A DNA stretch of 64,000 nucleotides, taken from contig CAWJTV010000029.1 in the NCBI GenBank assembly GCA_963845755.1, forward strand, positions 96,001 to 160,000. The letters are read 5' to 3'. Each line of letters begins with the position of its first letter. Within the stretch, counting starts at the first letter, position 1. This document shows, in pieces, positions 1 through 11,115 of the stretch. The notes under the pieces were generated by a model that had not been told where the DNA came from, ran no database searches, and saw only the letters and a list, made by a program, of their open reading frames with translations. The translations under genes and the position numbers were made by a program. This DNA comes from an uncultured Planctomycetota bacterium (GTDB taxonomy: Bacteria > Planctomycetota > Planctomycetia > Isosphaerales > Isosphaeraceae).

Positions 1-1377
1 TCTTCTGGAAGAAGCGGATGGAGTTCACCGGTCGGACCACCGACCCCACCCCCAACCGCCGGCCTGCGGGTCGGGCGGACTTCTTCGGATCCCCGAACGC
101 GATCACCGATGATGCTCAGCTCAAGTGCAAAGACCGCATGATCGTCTTCACCGACCGGGAAGTCCCGCTCGGTGAGCTCGGCTCGCTGTCCAAGGGCTCT
201 GAAAAGACCGGGGGGGCCGATGCGGCTGCCTCGGACGGCGACGGCAAGGCCAAGGACGAGCCCCGGGTCAACCTGGCGCATCATCTACTGCTATGGAGAA
301 ACCGTGGCCGTCAGCCGAAAGATCGATCCCGACTTTCCCCTCGTGCTCGAGCAGCAGACCATCCTTGCGGAGCGCGAGCTCCACTACAACCGCCTGACCG
401 GTGATTTCCGGGTGATCGGCCCGGGGCAAGTTTACAAGTGGGATCGGAGCGACGACTCGAAGGAGACGAAGGACGGCCCGGTCGCGGAGGAGGCGAAGGC
501 CCAGGATGCGGACCGTGTCGGTCGCCAACCCCAGCGCGACGGCCGGGCGACCGTCCCCGCGCGATCCGTCACGCCCACCTCGGGTCGCGCCGTGACCGGC
601 GCTAACGGATCGGCGGGCGCCGGACGACGGACATCGGCAGGCAGCCAGCGCCCGACCCGCGCCGGCGCACCCGCCTCCCGCAACGCCTCGCGCGTGTCCC
701 AGCCGACGACGCCCCCGCAATCTCGCAAGATCCCGCCGTTGGTCCTGACGCAGATCTTCTTCGAAAGGGAGATGCAAGGTCGATTCTTGACCGGCCAGGA
801 AACCGATCAGTCCCGGGAGCGAAGGGCACTCTTCTTCGGCGACATCCAGTGCCGGCGCGCCCAGGTCAACGGCGTGGACGAGTCCTTCGACTTCGACCAG
901 CATTTGCCCGAAGATGGCTTCTACATGACCAGCCAGATCCTGCGGCTCATCCAGGAACCGCCGCCCGCGGGCTCACCGGAGTCGACACCCGCCCGGACCT
1001 TCATCAAGGCCTGGGATGACGTCATCGTGAACAAGGGCGAATCGGCGGTCGTCCAGTCCGACATCGCCACGTATGACTCCGATAGCGACAAACTCTATGC
1101 CTACGGAGAAGGCGACCGAGGTGTCGCCCTGGCGCAGCAGTACGGCGTCGGCCAGCCGGCCTCGCCGGCGTACGGCAAGGCCGTGCAGTTCAACGTCAAG
1201 ACGGGTACCTTCCGCTTCATCAACAGCGATGCCGTTCAGTTCTTCGACAAGAAGACCGGCTCGCGGCCCGGGAAGGTCCCACCGCCCGATCCCAACACTC
1301 CGAAGAAGAAAAAGAATAAGCAACTCTTCAAGGTCCCGAACCAGAACGTGGAGCGCAGGGGCTTCACGGGACAGTAA
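1..1377 (+). CDS. Large hypothetical protein, 5'-truncated by the window; possibly OstA/LptA-like beta-rich; frameshift near 285
   Basis: Protein-like sequence in ORF 18..404 up to ...DEPRVNLA continues in ORF 172..1377 (IIYCYGETVAVSRK...NVERRGFTGQ*). The fold suggestion is only a guess. Confidence 0.55.
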
Positions 1378-1500
1378 CGCACTGATGGAAAGAGACGACA
1401 GGCTATCCAGTCCGGCTATCGGGCTCCCCGCGCTGGAACGCCGGTCCCGCGCCGGGCGCGGGACCGGCGTCCGGGCCGGGAACCCGTCCCTATTCAGCCG

Positions 1501-3415
1501 CTATGCTAAATGCTCAGCGATGGCCGGCTCCTCGATTCTCTTGTCGATCCGATCGTCGGACTTTGATGGATCAGGCCCCGTTCCCCGAGACCTTCGCGCG
1601 CGTCCCGCAACGATCTCGAAGCGCCGCATAGTATCCCAGGTGAACAATGCCGCGACTATCATGTAAATCAACAGGCTCATGATACTGAATATGGTCAACC
1701 AGCCGAGGCCCTCGTCGAGGTCCCAGATCCGCCAGAACCGCGGCCAGTCGGTGCGCGAGAGCCGTTCCAGGATGTCGGGGCCCACGATCAATTTGCTGAC
1801 TTCGTACGGCGTGAACCCCGGCCACAACTGCGGAGCAAACCCGTGAGGCGAGAGCATGTTGAGAATCCCCTGGCCCACGACGTTGACCAGCAGGAGGCCG
1901 GCAATTGTCAGGAACTGCGCGCGCCAGGTGGAACGGAGCTGGATCGAGATCCAGGCTCCCAGCGCCGCCGCGAACCAGCCGTAAACGAGCAGTGCCAGCA
2001 GGGCCGCCGGGAGGCGCGAGCGGATGGAGCGACCCCAGTCCAACGCCGGTGAGCACCAGCAGGCCCAGTGCGGCACCCAGCCGGCGCGACCGCCACAACG
2101 AGCCCAGGATCTTGGAGAAGACGATCTCACGGCCGGTCAGGTCGGTCGCCGTCAGGCTGAGCCAGGTGTCCTCCTCATGCTCCGAAGTGATCCCCGCGGC
2201 AGCCGATCCGGCAATCGCAATGATCCCGAACAGATAGAGGAAGGGCACGACGAGCGTCAGGAACCCGTAGAATTGCCAGCGTTCCCGGGCCGCACCCGGA
2301 TTCGGCGGCCTGCCATAGCCGTATTGCCACAACTCGAAGTAAGCCATCAGGCCAAGCCATACGGTGTAATACGCCAGGAAGCCACCGACGATGAGCGTCA
2401 GCAGGCCCCCGACCAACCGGGCGAAACCCCGCGCGCCACCGGTATGCAGCTCCTTCCAGAGCATGGGGCGGTCGCGCATCGGCCGCGGCGATCCCCGTTG
2501 AACGCGACGCCAGGATCGCCCTCAGCCCGCGCGGCCGGCTCTCCGCGCCATCCTGCGCCGGAAGACCGGACGCAGTTGCACCGCCGCCAGCACCGCAAGG
2601 ACGATGCCCGCGGCCATCTGCCATCCCATCATCCGATTGATCATCTCCGCGTAGCTCGCACCCCTCCCGGAGATCACCAACGTCGCCCCGAACCGCCCGG
2701 CGGGTCCGCCGCTCAAGAGTACGTTGGAGACCTCCCAGAAGACGTCCACCGGGCTGCTACTCGCCAGCCAGGTGACGATGCGCTCGGTCGGGATATCGAC
2801 GATGGGATAGCCCGTCGGCAGCAGGCTCGCCAGGAGCGACGGCACGACCAGCCAGAGGCCCTCCAGTCCGTAGACGATGAACAACGCCTCGCGCGGTCAG
2901 CGCGCGATCGTCGAGACCCAGATCGACAGCGCCGCCAGCCACCACGCCGTGCTCAACGTCGCGCCGCAACTCAGCAAGACCAGCCACGGGTTGATGCCAC
3001 CCAGGAGTACCAGCAAGCTCGAAACCGGCACACTGACGCCGAGCAGCACGCCCACGTACAGCATCCGCACGAGCAGCTTGCCCACCACGATCTCGGCGCT
3101 GGTCAACCGGCTGGCCATCACGTAGTGCAAGGTCTTGCGCTTCTTCTCGTCGGCGATGACGCCGGCCACCAGGGCCGGCGTCAAGACCAGCACCAGGATC
3201 TCCTGACCGATCGCGATCCCCCCGAAGGCCGAGAACGCGAACCAGTTCACCATCTTCGCCGGCAGCTCGGCATTCTCGAAGCTGGACGACCACGCCGAGT
3301 AGATCGCCCACAGGACGATCAACAGGACCGCCCCGTAGAGTGCGCGGATCATGAAGAACCGGCCGTGCCGCGCGGTGGTGAGGAGCTCGAAGTGGAATAT
3401 CGGTCCGGGGAGCAT
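1501..3415 (-). CDS. ABC transporter permease (planctomycete ABC-2-like, two permease halves), several frameshifts
   Basis: MLPGPIFHFELLTTAR start; AGVIADEKKRKTLHYVMASRLTSAEIVVGKL and a second copy AAGITSEHEEDTWLSLTATDLTGREIVFSKI; many TM segments across ORFs 2897..3463, 2522..2884, 1571..2479, 1501..2130. Confidence 0.8.
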
Positions 3416-3640
3416 CGAGGAACCCTCAGCGGCCGAGGCGGCTTCGGTCCGACGGTGAGACACACCAGTCTCTGACGAACGTCCAAGATACAGGCCCGAC
3501 CGGCCCCGTGCAAAGACGAAGGATTTCGGTTTCTTGACCTGTTGCTCGAATCCGGCTCGGCGAAGATCCTGGAGAGGGCTCGAACGTCGCGGAAGGACCG
3601 ATCATTCCTGGCTCTCGACACTGGCCACCAGCCAAGACCC

Positions 3641-5372
3641 ATGACCGACTACTACAACCGAGTCAACCCGGACTTGTTGCGATTGATGCCCGTCGAGGCA
3701 CGGGTCGTGCTGGAGATAGGCTGCGGCGCCGGAGCCCTGGCCGAGGCGTACCGGAGGATCAATCCGGACGTGCGCTACTTCGGGATCGAGAAGGAAGCGG
3801 AGGCGGCCCGCATCGCGGAGGCAGCCGGCCGACTCGATCGTCTGGTTGTGGGCGACGTCGAGTCGATCGAGCTGTCGGCGCTGGGGCTACCCGATCCGGC
3901 AGAAGGCGCGGAGCCGGTCGTGGACTGCCTGGTCTTCGGAGACGTACTGGAACACTTGATCGACCCCTGGGAGGTGCTGGCGCGGCTGTCGCTGTCGGTG
4001 CGCGATGGGGGACAGGTCCTGGCGTGCATCCCCAACGTCCAGCATTACTCCGTGTTGGTCAACCTGCTGCGCGGCCGATGGGAATACCAGCAGGAAGGTC
4101 TGCTCGACCGCACCCATCTGCGATTCTTCACGCTCGCGGGAATCCAGGACCTGTTTGCCCGCGCCGGCCTTCACGTGTTCGAGATCGTGCCGCGGTGGTG
4201 GCCCAGCGCCGAGTTCGACCAGTTCCAGCAGTTAATGGCTCCGATCGTCCGCGCCCTGGGGATCGAGGCGTCAACGTTCGGGCACCAGACCCGAGCGGTC
4301 CAGTATATCGTCCGGTCGATCCGCGCGGGGCATGAGCCCCGGCGAATGCTGATCTGGTCGCTCCTGGGTTCCGCGATCGCCAGCGAGGTGCGCGTCGGTG
4401 AGCCGGGGGCCTTCCTTGGCACGATGCCGGGCATCCGCATCCTGACCGGCACGGGTCTCCAGTTCGATGACCTGGGCCGGACGTTCCCGGGTGAGGAGAA
4501 GGTCTTTGTCCAGCAACGGGTCATCATCTCTTACGCAGATCACCTACTTTTGCAGAGAGCACTCCTGAAAAATGAGTATCTCATCGTCGGCGAGTTTGAC
4601 GACGACCCCGCGCATTTCGCGGAGCTAGGCCGCACCGATTTCCTGGCCTTGCGCGGCTGCCACTGCATCCAGACATCAACCGACGTCATGGCCGAGTCGC
4701 TCCGCCCCCATAACCCCCACGTCCAGGTCTTCCCCAACCAGATCGCATCTCTGCCGCCGATACGGACCGCGGACCAGGCCGACTCCGGCCCGGTGACCAT
4801 CTTCTTCGGGGCCCTGAACCGCGAAGCCGACTGGTCGCCCATCTTGCCGACGCTCAACGGGATCCTCGCGACTCATGGTGCCCGCGCTCGCGTCCAGGTC
4901 GTCTACGATCGCCTGTTCTTCGACTCCCTCACGACCGACAACAAGGCGTTCGAGCCACTCTGCTCATATGAGCGGTACAAGGCCCTCCTGAGTCAGGCGG
5001 ATATTGCGCTGTTACCGCTGGAGCCGACGCCGTTCAACCGGCACAAGTCGGACCTCAAGTTCATCGAATCCGCCGCGCATGGCGCCGCCGTCCTCGCCAG
5101 TCCTACCGTCTACGCGGCACACGATCCGCCATGGCGAGACGGGCCTGATCTATTCTTCCCTCGAGGAGTTCGCCGCGCTCCTGGACCGGCTCATCCGCGA
5201 CGGGCCGTTCCGACGTTCGCTCGCCATCGCCGCCCACCGCCACGTCAAGGAGAACCGCCTGCTGGCGCGCCACGTCCGATCCAGACACGACTGGTACCGC
5301 GCGATGCTCGACCGTTGGGACCAACTCGACGCCGAGCTTCGCCGGCGCGTACCCGAGCTGAGCAGGCCGTGA
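3641..5372 (+). CDS. Class I SAM methyltransferase fused to a GT-B glycosyltransferase; frameshift near 5115
   Basis: VLEIGCGAG motif I, FGDVLEHL, GLLDRTHLRFFT; C-terminal ADIALLPLEPTPFNRHKSDLKFIE...A..G..VLASP, continuing as TIRHGETGLIY in ORF 5004..5372. Confidence 0.85.
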
Positions 5373-5417
5373 TCGAGCTGGCCCTCTGCGAGCCGATGAC
5401 CGCCCGAATCGACCGAA

Positions 5418-6350
5418 CTAGGAAGTGCCGATCATGGTCGACTCGCGATTCTTGCCAGAACGCCTACCCAGCGGCGAGGCGTCTTTGATGACGTGATTCA
5501 ACACGGCCGCAGCCAGCAACACGACGCTGCACAGCCAGAACCAACTCATCAGGACGACGATTCCGCCCAGCGATCCATAAGTCGCGGTGTAGTTGCCCCA
5601 GTTCTGCACGTAAACTCGGAACAGGTAGCTGACGAGCAGGACCACGGGCGTACCTAGCAAGCTGCCGGGCGTGATCCACTCCCAACGTTGATCGGCGTCA
5701 GGACCGAAGTACAGCGCGACGGCGAAACTGAGCAGGATCAGGAGAAAGACCGCAAGCCCATGGAGCACGGTGGCGAGGATGGCCGTCGAATGACTCAGGC
5801 CCAGCCAGTCGATGATCTGGGGCCAGATGAGGATCGTCGCCAGGGCGACGATCAAGATCGCAGCCTGGCTCAAGGTCATGAGCAGCGCAACGAGGCGCTG
5901 CTTCCAGATCGGACGCGTCTCTTCGACACCCATGATCCGATTCATGGCATCCATGATGGCGACGAACAAACTCGTCGAGAACCAGAGGATCGCGACTAAA
6001 CCGACGGAAATCACTCCACTGGAGGGTTGGTCCTGAAGCCGCCTCAGTTCCCGCGCGACGATCGAGACGGCATCGTCGGGGATGAGATTGCGAAGCGGCT
6101 CAAGTGGGCCGACGGACGCCGACCGGTCATCCCCCGCGACGCGCGGAATCCAGGGGAGGCAATATGCCGTCAACGTGATTACCAAGGCCAGAAACGGGAC
6201 CAGGTCCGCGATCGCGTAGAACGTAATGGCCGCCGCCCGGGTGAGGATTTCGTGTTCGATGATCTGCTGCCAGGTCCGGCGTGCGGCCTCTCGGATCGTC
6301 AGTCCGCCGAGGGTGATCGCCGACCAGAAGCGCGCAGTGAGGATGGCCAT
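5418..6350 (-). CDS. YihY/virulence factor BrkB family membrane protein
   Basis: AAAITFY, AMNRIMGVEETRP, YTATYGSLGGIVVLMSWFW motifs; about 6 TM segments. Confidence 0.9.
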   Translation of the reverse strand: MAILTARFWSAITLGGLTIREAARRTWQQIIEHEILTRAAAITFYAIADLVPFLALVITLTAYCLPWIPRVAGDDRSASVGPLEPLRNLIPDDAVSIVARELRRLQDQPSSGVISVGLVAILWFSTSLFVAIMDAMNRIMGVEETRPIWKQRLVALLMTLSQAAILIVALATILIWPQIIDWLGLSHSTAILATVLHGLAVFLLILLSFAVALYFGPDADQRWEWITPGSLLGTPVVLLVSYLFRVYVQNWGNYTATYGSLGGIVVLMSWFWLCSVVLLAAAVLNHVIKDASPLGRRSGKNRESTMIGTS

Positions 6351-6419
6351 CTTCGTCGGTAGTCCTTGGTACGTTGGCGTCTCTCTCCGCGATCCTGGGG
6401 CATGCCCGCGCCTGGTAGC

Positions 6420-6630
6420 TCACCAGGGCTTCAGTTTCCAGCCCAGGAAAAACCCGATCCCGAACGCCCAGGCCGCAAAATGCACGGGTTTCGTCCGCCG
6501 CGCACTCCTCGAGGGATTCCACCACAGAACGGACGGTCTGTTCCGCCCAGTTATCCTCCGGGCCATTCCCCATTCGGCTGGCTCGGACCATGTCGTCGGG
6601 GTAATGAGTCAGGTTGGAAGCTGTTGACAT
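6420..6630 (-). CDS. Small hypothetical tail-anchored membrane protein (ElaB/DUF883-like C-terminus); frameshift near 6500
   Basis: MSTASNLTHYPDD...VVESLEECA, then after a 1-nt shift RTKPVHFAAWAFGIGFFLGWKLKPW* (stop TCA at 6420-6422 on +); lies directly upstream of yihY. Confidence 0.65.
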
Positions 6631-6998
6631 GTCAGGGATCCTCCAGGAGTTGCCCAAAGATCTGGCCGATTTCCGCAGGCCATGCCTCGGATGTTCACCA
6701 CCACCGAATTCGATCGTTGGTTCCGTGAGACCAGGCTTGGTCGAATCATCGATCACCGGGATAAGGAGCAAATGTGATGCCGCTCTTTCGAACGCCGCCT
6801 CGCCGGCGCGGAGCGGATCCGGAATCCGTCGCCCTCGTTGCCTCGAGCGGCAATCGCGGCCGGTTGGGTGTTGAACTGGACCGCTGATTGCGATGGAATG
6901 ATCGACAAGGTCAACAACCCACAAGGATAACGACGATCCGTACCGTCGGAGATCCCGGCTCGAGCCCGCCACCCACCCCACCGCAAGGATGCCCTGAC

Positions 6999-8399
6999 AT
7001 GGCGATTACCTCCATGAATCGACCTCGATGCAATGCTCCGCGTCGTACTCGCCGCGCTTTCCTGCGAACAAGCGTCCGGGCCTCCGCGGCCGGCTTCGCA
7101 TTCCCCGCGATCGTCCCGGGCTCGGCGTTGGGCCTTTCTGGGGCCGTCGCGCCGAGCAACCAGGTCACGGTGGGGATCATCGGGACGGGCAATCAGGGCT
7201 TCAACGATATCAAATCGTTCCTTGGCGACCCCCGCGTGCGAATCGTCGCGGTCTGCGACGTCAATCGCGAGGGCCCCGGCTACTGGGAAGGGAAGGTCGG
7301 CGGTCGAGAACCGGCCCGGCGGCTGGTCGAGGAGCGTTATGCGGAGCTGCGCCACGCCGGGACCTACCGCGGCTGTGAGGCCTACGTGGACTACCGGGAG
7401 ATCCTGGGTCGGGATGACATCGACGCAGTCGAGGTCTGCACGCCGGACCACTGGCACGCGATCCCGGTGATCGCGGCCTGCAAGACCGGGAAGGACATCT
7501 ACTGCCAGAAGCCGTTGTCGTTGACCATCGCGGAAGGCCGCGCGATGAGCTACGCGGTGAACGCGTCCCACGTCGTCTTCCAGACCGGGAGCCAGCAGCG
7601 ATCCGACCATCGATTCCGCCGGGCCTGCGAGCTCGTCCGCAACGGCCGGATCGGGGACCTCCGCCGGGTGCGCGTCGGCATGCCCAAGGGACGGACCGAT
7701 TATGCCAAGACCGGAGACCACAAGAAGCCCGAGCCGGTCCCCAAGGGCTTCGAGTACGACCTCTGGCTCGGCCCGGCCCCCGACGCCCCTTATGCACCGG
7801 CGCGATGCCACGTCAATTTCCGATGGATTTATGACTACTCCGGCGGCCAGGTGACCGACTGGGGCGGCCACCATCCCGACTGTGCCCAGTGGGGCATGGG
7901 CACCGAGATGACCGGCCCGATCGCGATCCGAAACGCCAAGGGCGCCTTCCCTCCGGATGTCCTCTGGAATACCGCCACCGAGTATTCCTTCGAGGCCGTC
8001 TACGAGAACGGCGTGACGATGCTCGTCTCCAACAAGGAGAAGATGGGTGTCACCTTCGAGGGGAGCAAGGGGACGATCTATGTCGACCGCGGCAAGCTGG
8101 AAGCCGACCCCAAATCGCTCCTGGACTCCCAGATTGGTCCCTCGGAAATCCACCTGTACAAGAGCGACGATCACTTCAAGAACTTCATCGACTGCGTCAT
8201 CTCCCGGCAGCCAACGGCCGCGCCGGTGGAGGTCGCCCATCGTTCGATCACGATCTGCCATCTCGGCAACATCGCCATGCGCTTGGGCCGCGAGACGCTG
8301 CGATGGGATCCTCGGACCGAACAGATCATCGGCGACGACGAGGCGGCGAAGATGCTCGGCCGTCCCTATCGCGCGCCGTGGTACCTGCCGCAAGTGTGA
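6999..8399 (+). CDS. Gfo/Idh/MocA family oxidoreductase with Tat signal
   Basis: TRRAFLR twin-arginine motif, GIIGTGNQG, TPDHWH, GKDIYCQKPL, QTGSQQRS, DWGGHHPD. Confidence 0.92.
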   Translation: MAITSMNRPRCNAPRRTRRAFLRTSVRASAAGFAFPAIVPGSALGLSGAVAPSNQVTVGIIGTGNQGFNDIKSFLGDPRVRIVAVCDVNREGPGYWEGKVGGREPARRLVEERYAELRHAGTYRGCEAYVDYREILGRDDIDAVEVCTPDHWHAIPVIAACKTGKDIYCQKPLSLTIAEGRAMSYAVNASHVVFQTGSQQRSDHRFRRACELVRNGRIGDLRRVRVGMPKGRTDYAKTGDHKKPEPVPKGFEYDLWLGPAPDAPYAPARCHVNFRWIYDYSGGQVTDWGGHHPDCAQWGMGTEMTGPIAIRNAKGAFPPDVLWNTATEYSFEAVYENGVTMLVSNKEKMGVTFEGSKGTIYVDRGKLEADPKSLLDSQIGPSEIHLYKSDDHFKNFIDCVISRQPTAAPVEVAHRSITICHLGNIAMRLGRETLRWDPRTEQIIGDDEAAKMLGRPYRAPWYLPQV

Positions 8400-8438
8400 C
8401 CCCGACTGCGTCCTCCTCGATCTCAAGGAAGGGAACCC

Positions 8439-9032
8439 ATGGAGCGCCCGCAATTCACGATCGCTCGTCTGATGCTCGCGATACTGATCATTGCCATCAA
8501 TGCCGGGTTGATCCGCGCCTTCTCCCAGGGGATGTTTTCGGGCGTCCTTCTGTTCTTCTTCGCAATGCAGGGCGGGCTCTTCCTCGTGTTACGAACCAAG
8601 GGGCGAGCCCGACGTTTCTGGATCGGATTCGAAGTGGGCGGGGTCGCCGTGTTACTCGCGCTATTCTGGCTCGAGTTCTTCCCCGATTCCGCCTTGAGCG
8701 AGTGCGTGTCCGACTCAATCAGCTTGGCCATGGACAGCGTGGTCGAATCGCCTCACATCCCTGTACCTGTTTCCAGCTTTTTCCTGTACCAGCCGGATGT
8801 ACTCTACGCGGCGTTGCTTTTCCCCCCGGAATTCGTTTTGGCCTTGCTCGGCGGGTTGTTGGCCATGATAGTAGGTCCCGGTCTGCGACGCCCCCTGTTG
8901 AGCCCGGATCCTCGCAGTTCTCGTTGTCCACAACCTTCCGACGTGTTACCTTCGAACGGCTGCGATCACGATCGACGTGTCATTCGTGATGCTCGCAGTC
9001 GTATGTACAGAAGGCCTGACCACGTTAACTAA
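8439..9032 (+). CDS. Hypothetical membrane protein
   Basis: RBS-like GGAAGGGA, N-terminal PQFTIARLM typical of planctomycete membrane proteins, 4 hydrophobic segments. Confidence 0.6.
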   Translation: MERPQFTIARLMLAILIIAINAGLIRAFSQGMFSGVLLFFFAMQGGLFLVLRTKGRARRFWIGFEVGGVAVLLALFWLEFFPDSALSECVSDSISLAMDSVVESPHIPVPVSSFFLYQPDVLYAALLFPPEFVLALLGGLLAMIVGPGLRRPLLSPDPRSSRCPQPSDVLPSNGCDHDRRVIRDARSRMYRRPDHVN

Positions 9033-9051
9033 GAGACTGTCCGAGAACCCG

Positions 9052-9113
9052 GTAGGGTGGGTGAAACCCACCAGGAATCGGCCCCCGATCCTGGTGGGTT
9101 TCACCCACCCTAC
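9052..9113. repeat. GTAG-type REP doublet (REPIN-like inverted pair)
   Basis: GTAGGGTGGGTGAAACCCACCAGGA ... TCCTGGTGGGTTTCACCCACCCTAC inverted repeat; another single copy at 28179-28202. Confidence 0.85.
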
Positions 9114-9134
9114 AACGGCCGGATTTTTCGTTTC

Positions 9135-9997
9135 ATGACGAGCACGATGAGCAATCAAAGAACCGTGAGCGGGACTCCATCGTTTGTGAACGTCGAGCTG
9201 CCCCAGCCACTGGAGCCGCGCCCCGAGATCAGCCATGTCCTGTTCGACTTCGACGGGACGCTGTCGCTGATCCGCCAGGGCTGGCCCGAGGTGATGGTCC
9301 CCATGTTCGTCGAGGTCCTGCCCCGTCAACCGGGCGAGACCGAGGACGCCCTCCGCGAGATGGTCCTCGACGACATCATGCGGCTCAACGGTAAGCAGAC
9401 GATCTACCAGATGATCCAGCTTACCGAGCGGATCCGCGAGCGCGGCGGCGAGCCGAACGAGCCGCTCTGGTACAAGCACGAGTATCTGCGACGGCTGGAC
9501 CAGCACACCGGTGCCCGCACCGACGGGCTTGTGGGCGCACCATCGCGCCCGACGAGCTGCTCGTCCACGCGGCCCGGCCACTGCTGGAACACCTGCGAGA
9601 GCTCGGGTTGCCGATCTACCTCGCCAGCGGCACCGACGAGTTTGCCGTCAAGCGCGAAGCCGATCTTCTCGAAATTACACGATATTTCGATGGCCACATC
9701 TATGGGGCCCTCGACGACTACAAGCAGTTCTCGAAGAAGATGGTGATCGACCGCATCCTCCGGCAGCATGGGATCACCGGCCGGCAACTGCTCTCCTTCG
9801 GCGACGGCTACGTGGAAATCGAGAACACCAAGCAGGTCGGCGGCCTGGCTGTGGCCGTCGCCAGCGACGAAGCGCATAATGGATCGGGCCGAGTGGACCA
9901 GTGGAAGCGACAACGCCTCCTGGGCGTCGGTGCCGACGCCGTCATGCCGGACTTCCGGGACGCGATCCCGTTCGTCGATTACCTGCTCGGCCGTTGA
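9135..9997 (+). CDS. HAD family hydrolase (phosphatase); frameshift near 9530
   Basis: HVLFDFDGTLS motif I, IYLASGTD motif II, FGDGYVEIE motif IV. Confidence 0.85.
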
Positions 9998-10008
9998 AGG
10001 AAGACCCC

Positions 10009-11115
10009 GTGACCGTCCAGCCGCTCGACCTGACCAAGCTGAAGATTTTCCCCCTGGCATCGCGTCGGAGCCTGACGCGGGCGGACGAGATCCTGATCGA
10101 TCCCGACGCATCGCCGCCGCCATGTCCGGAGCGAGTCGACGCGCTCGTCGAGGGCGCCGCGCGAGCGATCCACGCGGCCCGCCAGCAACACGCGGCCGTG
10201 GTCCTGATCTACGGCGCCCACTTGCTCCGCAACGGCGCCGCTCGGCTGCTCGAACGGATGATGTCCCGCGGCTGGCTGACCCACCTCGCCACCAACGGAG
10301 CCGGCACGATTCACGACTGGGAATACGCCTGGCTCGGGGCCTCGACCGAGTCGGTCGAGCAGAACGTGGCGACGGGCACATTCGGCATCTGGCAGGAGAC
10401 GGCGACGAACATCCACCTTGCGCTGCTGGCCGGTGCGCTCGACGGCCTCGGCTACGGCCGGTCGATGGGCCGCTTCATTCTGGAAGACGGCGCGATGCTC
10501 CCCGACCCCGACGCGCTGGCCGTCGCGATCGCCGCGGAGCCGCGTCATCCGCTCACGGCCGCCCGGGCCGAGCTGCTGCGGGTGATGGAGGATCAGCATT
10601 GGCCCGCCGGACGGATCGCGGTCGAGCATCGCTGGAAACACGCATCGATCCTCGCCCAGGCGTTCGGTCACGGAATTCCGATGACCGTACACCCCGGCAT
10701 CGGCTACGACATCATCTCCAATCACCCGGTATTCAACGGCGCGGCGATCGGTCGCGCGGCGGAGTGGGATTTCAAGCTCTTCGCCGGCTCGATCCGAAGC
10801 CTCGAGGGAGGCGTGGTGCTGTCGATCGGCTCGGCCATCATGGGCCCACAGGTCTTCGAGAAGGCCCTGAGCTGCGTCAATAACCTACGATTGCAGGAGG
10901 GGCTCGACGTCGTCCGCGGCCACAGTTTCTACGTGGTCGACCTCCAGGACGGCGGCGGCTGGGACTGGACGCGTGGTGAGCCGCCCAAGACGAATCCGGC
11001 CTATTACCTGCGGTTCTGCAAGAGTTTCTCCCGGATGGGCGGAGCGTTGAACTACGTGCAGTGCGATAACGTCACGTTCCTCCACCATCTCTACCGACGA
11101 CTGGCCAGCCGATGA
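10009..11115 (+). CDS. Conserved hypothetical protein, deoxyhypusine-synthase-like fold
   Basis: GAHLLRNG, THLATNGAGTIHDWE, TVHPGIGYDII, SIGSAIMGPQVFEKALS; GTG start after AAGGAAGA; overlaps the next gene (ATGA). Confidence 0.6.
   Translation: MTVQPLDLTKLKIFPLASRRSLTRADEILIDPDASPPPCPERVDALVEGAARAIHAARQQHAAVVLIYGAHLLRNGAARLLERMMSRGWLTHLATNGAGTIHDWEYAWLGASTESVEQNVATGTFGIWQETATNIHLALLAGALDGLGYGRSMGRFILEDGAMLPDPDALAVAIAAEPRHPLTAARAELLRVMEDQHWPAGRIAVEHRWKHASILAQAFGHGIPMTVHPGIGYDIISNHPVFNGAAIGRAAEWDFKLFAGSIRSLEGGVVLSIGSAIMGPQVFEKALSCVNNLRLQEGLDVVRGHSFYVVDLQDGGGWDWTRGEPPKTNPAYYLRFCKSFSRMGGALNYVQCDNVTFLHHLYRRLASR

Noticed and set aside
6753..8453. Long antisense ORFs (also 2024..3475, 30322..31821, 33280..34935, 47226..49286, 48757..50850)
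   Set aside because: Shadow ORFs opposite well-supported genes, expected in high-GC DNA; no recognisable motifs.
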